The notes below the pieces were generated by a model. That model worked only from the letters and a program-made list of their open reading frames with translations. It was not told where the DNA came from and did not search any database. From Amoebophrya sp. A120 (Eukaryota; Protista; Dinoflagellata): a DNA stretch of 64,000 bases. The DNA lies in the NCBI GenBank assembly GCA_905178155.1, contig CAJINV010000004.1, positions 10,271,661 through 10,335,660 on the forward strand. The letters are read 5' to 3'. The position numbers and the translations under genes are program-made. Of this stretch, positions 34,377 to 47,103 are shown piece by piece. Numbering within the stretch: position 1 is the first letter of the stretch; every line of letters starts with the position of its first letter.

Positions 34377-35792
34377 TGTGTCTCCACACTCTTGTAAACG
34401 AGAAAAACGAATTTCTGTTTTGTTTTTTGTGAAGCGAGAAATGTTTTTTCCACGATGAGAAACAAGAAAAAGAAGCATGATTTCTCATGCGGAAATCAAA
34501 TCCGAACTCGAACAATTCTCATGAAAAACGAACAGTCTTTTGGGAATCTATCAACGCGAATCTTTGGCCAATCCTCGGAGTAATTTCTGAGTGTTCCGAA
34601 GATCCAACATTGGTGGAGAACCTGAACTTACCCCATTTTGCCTACCCACCTCCATAAATAGTGGTAGCGCTTTATCTTTAACAGCCTTCGGTTTTGCGCA
34701 CGGTAAAACTCTAAATTGTTAAAGAACAAAAGAAGTAGCCCAAATACCTCTTTAACGATCTTCGGTCTGTGTCACATATACGCGTATCTTGTTCGTTAAA
34801 GATTTAAGTTTTTTCGTCTTTAGTCGTATCTTCTTCTTCTTCTTGGGCGTACAATCTTCCTTATCGTACAACCAGTTTTCCAAAAGACTTGGGCCACTAG
34901 TTGATTGCCTATCGTGCCACAACAACCTCTTCGTACATCGGTGGGGAGCAAATTTGGAAAATGATGAACGGAAACAAACCGCAGGGGAACAGCAACAACA
35001 TGCCAGACGACAAGAAGTACGACCACCTTTTCAAAAAACAACCGGTCTTCAACGCCGAGGTGGACACGCTCACGGACTTCCGGAAGCGGTTCGCCGGGCC
35101 TGGCAGCTCCCCAGCACGCTCCTGGGCTTCCTGATGATCGCCAGCGCCGGGCTGGACGAGTCAGCGGAGCGACAACTGGTGGACCGGATTGCGAGGGAGA
35201 CGACCGAAAACGAATCGGGATTCGCTTCGCAAAACGTCAAGGCCCACCTGGAGACGTATTTTAAGCTGTCGCCCACCAAGGCGAAGCAGGACAGCAGTGA
35301 CGGAACAGCTACCCACGCCATGTACGGGTGGGGGTCACAGAACAACAGCGGGAAAGGATCCGGCCACCCGAAGTCCACCGCTACTACGCCTTTTTCGCCG
35401 CCCGGCCGCGCCGGAGCAAAGTGGTGCAAGTACCACGAGAAATACTGCAGTCACACGTCCTACGAGTGCAGTCTCAACCCCGCCAACAAAGGCAAGAAAG
35501 GTGCTGGCAAGCACCAGCACCCGCCCTGCTCCCGGTCGGCCGCGCGCTCTTTGGTAGCGAAAACAGAGCCATCTGCTTGACCGCCTCCAGTGTGTCTCGC
35601 CGTCGTACGGCGGCCGCGCTCTTGCTCATCCCCCGGCCGCGCTCTTGCTCAGTCGCACCGGTCCACGTCGCGGAGGAGAAAGTCGTACCCGACAACGGTG
35701 TATTCTGTGCAAAAGTATCGCATTCGTATAAATGCAAGTCTTGCATTACAAAGTCTATCGCATTCGTATAAATGCAGGTCTACTTCCTGCTG
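34377..35792 (+). mobile_element. Truncated LTR-retrotransposon fragment (partial LTR, PBS, frameshifted gag)
   Basis: ...CCAACA followed by TGGTGGAGAA (34611-34620, PBS-like). Gag-like ORFs from 34961 carry a WCKYHEKYCSHTSYEC knuckle. Bounded by a 34-bp direct repeat. Confidence 0.6.
35701..35779. mobile_element. Truncated introner family C (left end only)
   Basis: TATTCTGTGCAAAAGTATCGCATTCGTATAAATGC matches the left ends at 4555, 6453 and 15029. No right TIR. Confidence 0.75.
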
Positions 35793-37236
35793 ATGACCCA
35801 AGAATGAAGAACAACACACAGGCCGTCACCTATGCCTGCGACCGCCTGAGCCTGACTCGACCTTTCAAAATGTAATACTTGATGCGTCTTGAGTTTCGCC
35901 TTCGCTCCTTTCTTTTGACATTTTTCAAATTTTTTGTTTCGCACTTCTACCGGCGCCGCTCCCTCTTCAGTTGACACTGCTTTGAGTTCTGTGGTCAGTT
36001 CATTCAGACACGGCTCCGAACCTTAACCTTCTCTCCTCCTAAACACTATTCTGTTTTTTTGTGCATCACACTACATGGTACCGAAACAATACCGACACAA
36101 ACAGAAAACCTAAAGAACGGAGATGCGTATGCGAGTTCCAGAACTAAATTACTGACCAAAAAGAAGGTGGTGCACCAATACGACGAGAGGCATGATTTTG
36201 TGTAAATCTGTTTTGGATTCGAGGTCAGTCCTTGTTCGCCTTCCTGGCCTAAACTTCTCAAATGCAAGCTGTAGATCTGCACTACCTTTTCAAAGTCAAA
36301 CACAGCAGGATAACCACAACAAGCTCATGCGAGATGCGGGTCTTCTGATTTCTTACCGATATGCGCTTTTTTTGCGCTTGCTAGAGACCATGCCATGTTC
36401 TTTCATTTTGTTTTTGCTTCAAGGAAAAGCAAAAGAATGTATCTCTGGACAGCACAAGAGCTAGAAAATTCGAAAAGAACTTCTAGAAAAGAGAAATGAT
36501 GGGTTTTTTCTTGTAAAACGAAGTAAAGGCGCAAAGGCTTAACTGCTATCGCCTCTTGGGTTACCGTCGAGCAGCCGTACCACTATCTGCGTCGAAAATG
36601 CAAGGGCAAATAGTATCCTTGTTCACCTTGTTCACGTTCACTACAACTTGTCAAGATCACGCATTTTGCGCCGGCAACATAAACTACGGATCATGGATCA
36701 AGGCCAGCACACACAAATCACGGAGAGATTATGAGCGTTGATATGCAGCGAAGAAGCCGAGGCTTCCAAACAAGACCGAAAGAAAACGGCCCACGGGTAC
36801 GAGACACATCATCCGATGTCGTCGTATCGCGCCCTCCCCCGTCGAGAGGCGCGGTAGCTCGCTTTTTTTTTCTCGAAAAATCTGGTTTCTCTTTAACCCT
36901 GGTCCATCCATTTCCATGATATGTGAAGATTGTGACCACATTGGGTGTAGATAACCGATTTTCATCAGATCAGCGACGCTACCACGTGGAAGGAGGATAA
37001 AAGGACAATGTGATGCTCTCTTCAAGAGTGCAAAATTTTTCTGATCGTGACGATCTCGATCACGAGTACGACCTTCACCTTGGAAGATGAGTATACTACA
37101 ACTAAGCACGGTTTTGAAAAATGTTGTACAACTTCTTCTTTAACCGCCTCTGCAAGCAGTGAATTGCGTGCGCAGCACCAGCCGCCGCGAGCTCCTGCTT
37201 CCAGCTCCTGCCCGGACGAACACCCTTCACCACAAG

Positions 37237-39402
37237 ATGAACGCGGCAGAGTTCGAGCAGCGCCGCCTGAAATTCTTCGAGAATGTGGCGGCTGCCGGGC
37301 TGGACCCCAAGAACCTGCGCGTCGGCGGCGAGCGGTTGCAGAAGAAAAAAAAAGTTCGGATGTCCAAACTCAAAAAGCTGATCCAGCTAGATCAGTACGA
37401 GGCCGCGGAAACCGAGCGGGAGCGGCTGCGGAATCTGTATTCTGTCCGCGACACACCAATGTTCCGGCCCTTTTCAATACACAGGGCAGATGAACAAGAT
37501 ACTTCCAGCATTGCGGACGCCGAAGATGCTCATCCGGTGGAAAGTTCGAATTGCAATAAACTAGAAAGCCTGACACTATTTCCTCCTGTTGGTCAGCTGC
37601 AGCAGACTCGAAGCGTCGACCCTTTCGCATTCTCGTTTTCCATTCGGGAGCTGCTCGAAGCCGACGCGGACGCGGCGGAACTGCTGCACAGCAGCGGGAC
37701 GGAGGCAGAAGGCGACAGTGGCAGTGCAGCAGGAGATAAAAAGACACATCATAAAGGCGATCCTAGAGTTGAAGAGAACCCAGTGGAAACTGCTACTTCC
37801 GGGTCTCTACCGTCGAAAGCCCTTGGTGTAGCAGCAAGTCCAGTGGCGGAAAGAACTGCAACTGGGGCGGAAAAGGCGAAGCAAGGTCAGAAAGGGAGCC
37901 CAACACCAAACGGACTGGCCATGCCATCGGACCAAGAGTGGAGCGACGCGTTTCGAGCAGAGTGCCGCCTGCTTTTCGAAGATATCAAAGAGCACAGCGC
38001 AGTAGCTGGAGGACACCAAGACGTTGGCAACACCGAAAAAGAAATAAAGCCGGGAAGTTTATCCTCCAGTGCTGCTGACACTCACGAAGGGTCATCTGCT
38101 GTTGCAGCAAGTCAACAAGGAGTTGTGGCTCATCAAAGGAGGTACAAGACGCTCCAGCTCCCGTCCTGGGCGCTCCAACTCGGTGGACAGTCTCGACCTC
38201 TTGCGGGATCGACAACCCCAGGGGACGAGACTTCAACTGTCACAGCTGCATTGCCGCCGGAACAAACACCCCCTCCTCGCGAATGGGAATGGGTTCAAGA
38301 AGCTTACGCGGACATGTTTCATCTGCCATTGCAAGATCAAACTTCTAGCGGCAATAGACCCACAGGCGGCAAGGGAAGTAAGGCTGCCGCGGCTTCTAGT
38401 GCAGGTACTTCGTCCAGCAGCAAAGCTCCTTCAACAAGTCAACCACCCCCAGCGACCATTTGGAACCACCAGCCCTTTTTCGAATACCGACTCCACCGTA
38501 ACGACAAGAACTTCTATACGACAGGGGATAAACCACACCTCGAAGGCGGAAATAACCTCCCGGGCAAAGGAAATAAATCGCACTTTGCAGCATCCTCATC
38601 CTCGTCCGCCCCGGCGCCACCAGCGACTTCTAATTATCACAGCAACAATATTCTCCGAATCCGGCACTACGTGCACGCGCTGATTTCCGAGGATTTGAAT
38701 GAAAAGGTGAAAAACATGTTGCTTCAGCTTAACATGTACCAGGAGCGCGTGAAGGAGTCCAATCCGATGAAATTTGCGAAGCAGAAACGGCTCGTGCTGG
38801 GGCTCCGCGAAATTGCCCGTGCGTTGAAGCGCGAAAAACTGCTCGGCATGATCGTGGCGCCGGACCTGGAATCCAGCGCCCGCGGGCTGGACCAAACGGT
38901 AGAGGACATGATGGAGCAGTGCCGCAGCCAGAACTTGCCGATCGTGTTTGCGCTGACGCGGCGCAGCTTGGGCTTCACGCTGAAGAGACTGCGGGACAGC
39001 AACGGGGTTGCTGCGGTCGGGCTGCTCTCCGTGGAGGGTCAGAACCGCTATCAAATGCAAAAATGCCTGGGTCTGGAAGATTTGAACTTGTCATGCTAAA
39101 TCTAAATGATGCAAAATTCTGTGTTGCGTGAGTGCCAAAAGCTGTCGGCTTTTGACCAAGTTGCGAGGGAGTTTCTCATGCAGGAAAGGCATGATAGAGA
39201 CCTCAAAGAATCTGTCATGCTGGGTCTCGCATTCCACACCTCATGGGTCATGGAAAACCTGCATCACAAATCTTGCATTCTTCCCGACCCAGACATTTTT
39301 ACATTTTATAACCGCGAGTGGCGGGCGATCTGCAAGCAGAGCGAGGAACTGCGCGCGGCCTGGGTCATGCAGCAAATGGGGGGTGGAGGGGGGATCATGT
39401 GA
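37237..39402 (+). CDS. SECISBP2: SECIS-binding protein 2 (L7Ae domain), 2 exons
   Basis: RHYVHALIS...YQERVKESNPMKFAKQKRLVLGLREI...GLDQTV...PIVFALTRRSLG...VAAVGLLSVEG follows the SBP2 RNA-binding domain pattern. Confidence 0.87.
39049..39310. mobile_element. Introner family B (262 bp)
   Basis: TATC...TATA ends; direct repeat ACCGC. Removal gives EGQNREWRAI. Confidence 0.92.
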
Positions 39403-40808
39403 GAATCATGATCATCCAGAAAGAGGTGTTCCTGTTTTGGATGGTTGTAAGAACACCCCGCGCACGATCATCTTGTTGTGTCTCAGCTCGTAATATCCCA
39501 CCTGTACAGAGCTACGCCAGGTGCCTGAGTCTCTGCTCCAGGTTTCTGTTTATACAAGAAAGACAAACTACAGTGCCCCCACATGTGAAAGTGAATGAGG
39601 CAAAGGCACTTTTGAAATAATTTGAATTTCAAGCGACAGCAGCACGCGGAAATAAAAGCGACGAGACATCAACCCCGAATCCTAAATCCTAAACCCTCCG
39701 GTGTCGTTGAGGCTTCGGGTCTGCCCAACTTGGCTTTTGTTCCCCTTTTCCTTGATGCGGTCGAAACTGGGAATGACAGAACGATCTCCTAGTTTTTTGT
39801 CTCTTGTTTGCTGGAACTGCACGAAGATCCATATCCATTATGGAAAGGTTCATCTTCCGCGCTGAAGCATGTATGTTGCGCGAGGACTAATTGAGATCTC
39901 GATTTATTAAGTTGCACCATGCTATTCCCGTACTAATCAACTCATCCGATCTGTAGTACGTCTTCAGCTTGAGCTTCACGATTTCCGTGCACAGGAGAAG
40001 CCGACTCGCAAAAATAGCTCAGAATATTGCATACCTTTTCGAAGTCGTAGAGGTGGATCAAAAAGCGGTGGATCAATTTTAGCAACCATCATTCGTTTCC
40101 GCAATAGGACCTTGCAGGCCACAGAGCTGCACGAGATCATTTTGTTTTTCGGTATAATTCCATTTGCAAGAAGAAGGCATTTCTTATTTTCCGGGCTCTT
40201 TTACTATTGTTTGCAGGACAGTCACAGTACTCAGTGACCACATAAGACTCGAGGTTCTTTCACTTACAGTCGCCACTGTATTTCGATTTTTGATAATTAC
40301 GGAATCGGCGTGAGCAGTCGACTTTTGTTTTTCACCTGCTTGTGCTTGAGATTTATGTCTCCTCTCGTCACAATTGTTGTCGGTCTCGAGCACATTTTGT
40401 TGATGTGAACAGTTTTGTTACTTTAAGGTTTTCTTTTTGCACGCTAGGTGGACGTCGCACCTCTAAAACGAAAACCACCTTACCTGTATGCATTTTATAA
40501 GAAGTACCTTCCCGTACTGGTACTAACGGAGCCTTCGATGTTGAATTCATTTATTCGAAAAGGCACTTTATGCTTTATTTGCGCCAACGGAGCAAGATCG
40601 CTTTCTTCCTTTTGCTTCGTTTTTTTTCTCTTTAAAGTCGCCGAATTCTTCACGTTGATCCAACGCTATCGGGCCGCCCTCCTGAAACTTGTGCATATGT
40701 TTTGAGTTTATTTCCGCTACTTCGCTGCTAAAAAACCGTTGTTTTCGAGCTACCACTCGTTGTTACAACTAGAAAAAACGCCAAGTGTACTACATTACAA
40801 GCGCCAGC

Positions 40809-43800
40809 ATGTTGGCGTTCTTCCATTTCAGTTTTACTACATTCGTCCTCGCGGGTGCCTTTGCCCGACTCGCTCTCGGCGCCCGTGTAGGATCTTGGAC
40901 ACAGCCGGTAGGCGGGGCGGCGGGGCCCAACACAGATGTTGAAGTTCCTGCACCGACGCAGCAAGAAGTCCCCGGACACGTAGATGAAGTCGCCCACGAG
41001 CTGCAGGGCGGACAGCACGACCGGCAGGTGGAACATAACCAAGTACACGCACACCAGGCCCAGCCTACAAACCTTTCCACAGTAGAGGAGCTGCAACAAC
41101 AGGAACAATTGTCGTCGTGCAAAGGATGGTTCTTGCCGCACTGCAGATCCTCACGCCGGTACGCAGAAGATCAACATCCTTCAAGCTCTGCGCGCGCAAG
41201 AAATGAAGGAGCAGAACAGGTCGCACCAAAACGTCATACGCAAGAAGATCAAACTGAGTTTGGCCAACCGTCTTCACCTGTTCCGCAGCTTCCATCTGAC
41301 TTGTTCGTCGTCCCAGGTGTGCCTTTTCGCAACTTCAGCCAAGAACAGGGCTTCTTTCATCCCATGTTGATGCAGGAACGAATGACGAGCCACAGTACCA
41401 GGGATGATTTTTCGGCTGCTGCTGCCCAGCCGGTGGTCCAGCAACAGCAGCAGCAGCGGCAGGAGAGTTTTTCTGTGCCGGCGCAGCAGGTCCAGCATGG
41501 CTACAACACTCGACACGCTTGCAATCAACCCGGGTTTATTACTGCTGATGGCTCTGCAGCTGCGGGCCAGCAAGATGAGCAAGGACAACAACTACAGCAG
41601 CAACTGCAAGTTCCCCACCAGCAACAGATCTTTCCTTGCGCCGTGGTTCTGATGGGCATCCCCATCCCGGATCCGCCCCCGTATATGGGAAACGATCCCC
41701 AGCTCCAGCACAACCTTCTGCAGCTTCAAGAAATAAGCGAACAGCAGGAAAGTGGTGGCACTGCCAACTTCAACTTGTCCTTCGAGGACCATAGTCAACA
41801 ACATCCTGGACGGCCCGATGCACAGCAGAATTGTTCTACGACTAATTTGTTCCAGCGACAATGCTCGTCGCAGTCCCAGATATCGGCTGGGAGCGCAGCA
41901 GCTTCAGAAGGTGGAAATTTTTATAGCGGTCCACAAACAGGTTGTGGGATGCGAAGCGATCTGTTGCAACTCGACCAACTCGCGGAGGAGGTGAAAAGGC
42001 AGCTAACGCTCGGAGGCGCAATGGCGGAGAGCGGCGGTAGTGCACAACGGGCCCCAGAAGGAAATATCAACGACATGAGTAGGCCACAGGCCACCACGAG
42101 CACAACGGTGGCGCCGGGGGCTCCTGCACCTCAGCATGATAATTGTCCGGTTTTTTATCAGCAACAGCAGACTCAGTTCCACATTTTTCCGCCAGCGTCA
42201 AACATTTTTCCTGTGCAGCAGCAACAGGCAACTACGCAAGGCACACAGCAGCACCAGCCATCTCAGAATTTTCAAGTGCCAAGGTCGCAAGAACATGCAG
42301 CACAGCAGTATGCTGCTGCCCCAATGGTCGCAGCTAACTCTTCAAGTACTTGCCTGCAACAAGGCGTAGTGGTCCACCCGGGAATTGTGAACGCCTGTGC
42401 TGGTCCGCCTCCCGCTCCCGCCCTTGGTCACCAGTACGTGTATGTGATGCAAGTCGCTCCTTCGAGCGCGATGTCGCATCACAGCTTCTTATCGTCTTCC
42501 GCTGCTGGCACGGAAGATAGTAGCTGCTGTGCCAGCAGCAGCGCACCAGCCCTCGGGTCAACCTCGTCCGCGCCGGCATCTTCAGAACCCCTGTCTCCGG
42601 TACTAGGGCCACCGGATAAACAACTGCAGCGCCAGCAACTAGTGGAAGCAGCGCTAGGTAACGATGAACGCCGACCCCGTTGTGGTACTGGTCCTCCGAT
42701 AGCAACGGCCCATGCCCTGCCCTGCGCGCAAACCGGCAAACCTCGGGCACAGTTGCATTTTCCCTCGCAAAAATTTGACATTGGGGTCATGTCCGAGGCC
42801 AAACGCGAAAAGTTGAGAAACCTGCCACTGCAAATGCCCCTCATGCTCGACAAGAGGAGGGATAGTTGGACGACCACGCCGGGAACATCAGATCCAGGAG
42901 CTGCTTCGTCGGCCGGAGCGCTTGCCGCTGCACCTGGAACTTCTACACGAAGAGCAACGGCCGCCACAGAAGGCGCTACAACTACTTCGTACCAAGGACA
43001 ATCTCTTTGCTCCGGGAGTAACTGCGTCAAACTGGTTTCCAAGGGTTCGGTCGGCCACCCCCGAACCTGCGCGCCGCCGTTATGGCGTCCTCAACTGTTA
43101 CATTCTCAACTGTTACACGATTTGTCATGCAAATTTACCACCAAGATCGCCACGATTAAGCTGCTTCGCATGACAGATATCCGAAGGGCTACACAGCATG
43201 GAAATCTGTGCCAAATCTGTAATGCAAAAGGCGCAAGCTTGTCCCTTTGCCTTTGCTTTCACTTTTGCCGTTCTTGCATTACAAATTCGTGTAACAGTTG
43301 AGAATGTAACACTTGAGAACGTCATAGCCGTGCCCCTTTCACGACCAGTGTCTGCGGGGGGCCAACTGCGACTTTTGCCACGAGTGCTGGCCGAACCAGC
43401 TGCAGGAGCGGGAATACACGATCCCACGACAAATGATTTCGCGCGGATCCGCCTCCGAGCCGGCCGCCCGGTTTCACACGATGGGGTGCAGCTGCCAGAA
43501 CGTCTGCCCCTACCAAGATTGTGACCTCGGGGTGGACTGCGAGATGTGCCACTGGTGCTTGCCAAACGAGTGGCAACTGAAACACGAGCAGAGTTACCGC
43601 TTGGAACTGCCCATCAAACCGCTGCCGAAGCGTGAGTCGAAGGGTAACAAGGCTAGTGGCGGTAGTTCTTCTTCGTCTTCTTGCCGTCGTCCTGACGCGG
43701 CGGTCGTGCTCGCGGAAAAGAAGCAGAAAAAGAACATCATTGCTTCTACTTCATCATGTTCTTCTCACGCCGCACCGCCGGACGGAAAGTTATCTGATGC

Positions 43801-45069
43801 TCGGACGGATGGCGGCGCAGAGGCTGGTGTTGCTGCTGCAACTTCGAGAGAAAAAGGACGACAAGAGGAGCAGCAAAATTCTTGTACATTTGCAGAAGAT
43901 GTTGCTGCCGAAAACGAGCTGGTAATAAAGAAGATGGCAGGAAGCCTTGCACCCTCAAAAGATGATCCAGCTGTAACGTATGAAGAAGACCACACTGACG
44001 ATCGTACGACACAGGGCTGCAAGGCTGTCGACGGCGTCAACAAGTCACGCACTTCTGGTAAAGCTGAGGACCAAGGAACCGCTCCTGGAGGACCTCCTGT
44101 AGCACTACAAGCGGACGGACGAGTGCCGGTGTCTTTCCCAGAAGCCGCAGCCGCGGTGCAATCCCGAGTACTACAGCTGCAGAAGAACCAAATGGCGAAC
44201 CAAATAAAGAACCAAGATGGCCGCGGTAAGAAAGGTGGCACCAGCAGGCGCGGCGGCACAGACACCGCCTCCTCCCAAAGTGCCGCTAGCTTCCTGTCCG
44301 CGCGAAGCCAGGATAAGAAAGTACAAAAAACGACCACCGATATCGATGTACCGCCAGCAGCAGGCCCTGGTCCCGCTGTTGAGACCGCTAGTAAAAAACC
44401 CTGTACGACTGCAAAACGCCCAGCAGCCCGGGGAGGTAAGATTTTTTCCACAGCTTTTTAGGCTTGTTTGGCAGAAAGCCTGTAAGTAGGAAAGACAAGC
44501 AAAGAAGATGATGGTGGTGCATGTTTTTTCTCGTAAAAAATAGAATCATCTTCTGTGACTCTTTGCAAAAAAATCACCATCTTCTCCCAGCGCCGGATGC
44601 CTGGGTAGCCACGAACTCCAAGTCATCTGTTTGTGAGCAGCCCACGACTACGCCAGCTGCACAACCTCGGCCCCGCAAACCGCCACACCAAGTGCAAGCA
44701 GATGAGTTTTGCGTGGATTCTGCTGCCTTCCCGCCGTTAGCACCTTCACGAGGAAACAAGGCTTCTTGTGCCTCACCGGCCTCGACGTCTGCGACGACGT
44801 GGTCCTGCAAAATAGAAAGCACTGACTTGAAACCAGTGCGCAAGATTTCTAGCACCAGCACGATGTTGGGAAGCGCTTCTAGCTGGACCACCTGCTCCCC
44901 GGCCAGGGACCAATCGCCACCCGGCCAAGAAATGGCAGAGGACCCAGACGCAGAACGAGAACAAGTGGCACTATTGTTACGAGACAAAAGCCCAATCCCG
45001 GTGATGCGATGGTGCGACGCTGTGGAAGATGCGAAGGCATGTGGCGAGGCCGGCAATAGTGTAAAGTAA
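40809..45069 (+). CDS. Q-rich CCCH-type zinc-finger protein, 3 exons
   Basis: Spliced SKGSVGHPRTCAPPCPFHDQCLRGANCDFCH, plus a second CPYQDCDLGVDCEMCH finger. The last exon is joined by GT-AG intron 44436-44590. Confidence 0.78.
43081..43326. mobile_element. Introner family E (246 bp)
   Basis: TATG...CATA ends; ~40-bp TIR; direct repeat GCCGT. Removal restores the zinc finger. Confidence 0.93.
44436..44590 (+). other. Canonical GT-AG intron
   Basis: G|GTAAGA...CTCCCAG|CG. Phase 1; links ORF 43433.. to ORF 44521.. in frame. Confidence 0.75.
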
Positions 45070-46631
45070 AAAATCACGGCGAGGCGCGGCCATGGCCTGC
45101 ATCAATTAATATTTTCCTGGTCGCGCCGTGGTGTGCTGCACGCGAAATTCCAATTCTTATGTTGGATAGGATTCCAATGAAAAGCTTCTACAACTACTTT
45201 GAATCACACCCTAAATCCGACCGATTAGGCAGCTATTGTTCATGTTGATAAAAAAAGATACAAAACCTTGTGCACTAGCTCTATTGCAACGAAATAATTG
45301 CAAAAATACTATTACAAGAGACAATCACAACCACAACCAACCATGGTGGACCACGGAGTGATTATTTGCAAATTACGTATTCATACATTATCGCACGCTA
45401 CGGATTACAGACAGGATGAAAATTATCGCGCGCTACGGAACATTTCTCTTGTGGAAGCGGATTGATTTTCTCGCGATCACATACCACAAATAACGATGAA
45501 TGAAGGCCATGTCCAGTTCATTGTTCAGACACCTGAGGAACCAACACAATCCACCACGGGTTTTGCCACGGGTTTTGTTGAATGATCCTGATCCAGAAAA
45601 AATTGTTGCGCTTTAAAATTGTTGCGCTTTGATATCACCAAATATCTTCGATGTTTTGGATCTCTTTCATTTAGATTTTCGTTTTCGTTTTTCGATCCGT
45701 AATTGATTCCCGAAGAAAGTAATGAGTATGGTCTTATCATTTCGGTAATCAATATTATCCTCTTTCTTGATCTAGATGTGTCTCTCTTTCTTCTCGAATA
45801 TCATTCTGAAATTCATATCTTTAATCAAAATCAAATATCATTCCAAAGATTCAAAATCCCATTCGGACCAAAATTTTTGGGTTTATGAATTCAAATCATA
45901 ATGATTATATTCGAAGAAATCAAGATTGGAGTCATTGTCATGGATGATGATCGAATGATCTAGTGATAAATTGGTAGTATGTGTGTATGTAGGTGAAGGT
46001 ATTATTGAAATCATATGGATGAGTGTGTGTTTCATATCGGTAGGATCTATTGAAAATCTTTTTCTTCTGAACATTTATTTTTTTAATTTCTTATGAAGAA
46101 TCCGAGAAGATAGAAGAAACAGAAAGATGAGAATATGATGAGAAAATAGAATCTGAAATGAAATATTTGCCATCCAATTTCAAAAATCTTTGTGGGATAT
46201 TCGATAAATATCTTTCGAATTAGAATCTCAATTCATATAAATATTCTTCGATATTTCGTTATATATTCATTGAATATTCGATTCGATAAAATGAAAATCA
46301 ATATTCATCATCATAGAAAAAATCACATTTGTTTTTTTTTTCTTTTTCTTTTGAGAGGGGTCATATTTTAATTATGTTTTTTCTCGGATTCATATGAATA
46401 TCATGAGAGGAAGATAAACCCTCCACATGGAAACCATGATTCCATCACTAACAAAAAAAAAAAGAAAGAATTGAATCACAATTGATTCGAGATTATTATT
46501 CAAACTGAATTCTGGAGAATTGCACTAGAATAATAATTTTTCCGAATATGGACAGAGAAGATATGATGGTGGAATCTTATTTCCTTTGACATGAAAGAAA
46601 TTGACAATCCAACGATTTTTTTTTTCCATTG

Positions 46632-47103
46632 ACAATCAAATTCTTCAAGATTCTATCCATAAATAATTCCAATTTGATTCTTCGCACGATATCTGATGGA
46701 GATCAAGAACATGAAAAATCAAAATATAATGATGAAAAGATTCAATTGCAATTGATTATGATTTCGTTTGCGATGAAGCAGCTAAAATAATTGTGTCGTA
46801 ATCCACAGATATTGCATTGGGTGGATTCCATCGTCGTGTTCATCTTTCAGTGTCTGTTGGATAAGCCTGAATCAATCACCATGAACAGCAACACCGCCTT
46901 AACCGAATGCAGGCATGTAGGCGAGCTTTGGTGCCTCAGCCGAAGAAACTTGCGCTCGCGCCAATGTGGTCTTTCGGCCCTTTACTGGATGGGGGCAAGC
47001 TCAAGCAGCCTGGCGTTTCTGTTGAGGCCTGGCGCCATGCGTGGGCCCGAATGGAATTCCGGGCGAGCACAAAATTAGCCGCGGATTGGCCCAGCCCGCG
47101 ACC
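46632..47103. repeat. Dispersed repeat block R, copy 1
   Basis: Aligns in direct orientation with 51712-52203. Confidence 0.9.

Noticed and set aside
39675-39697. CCTAAATCCTAAACCCT telomere-like motif
   Set aside because: Only about two units, which is too short to call an interstitial telomere.
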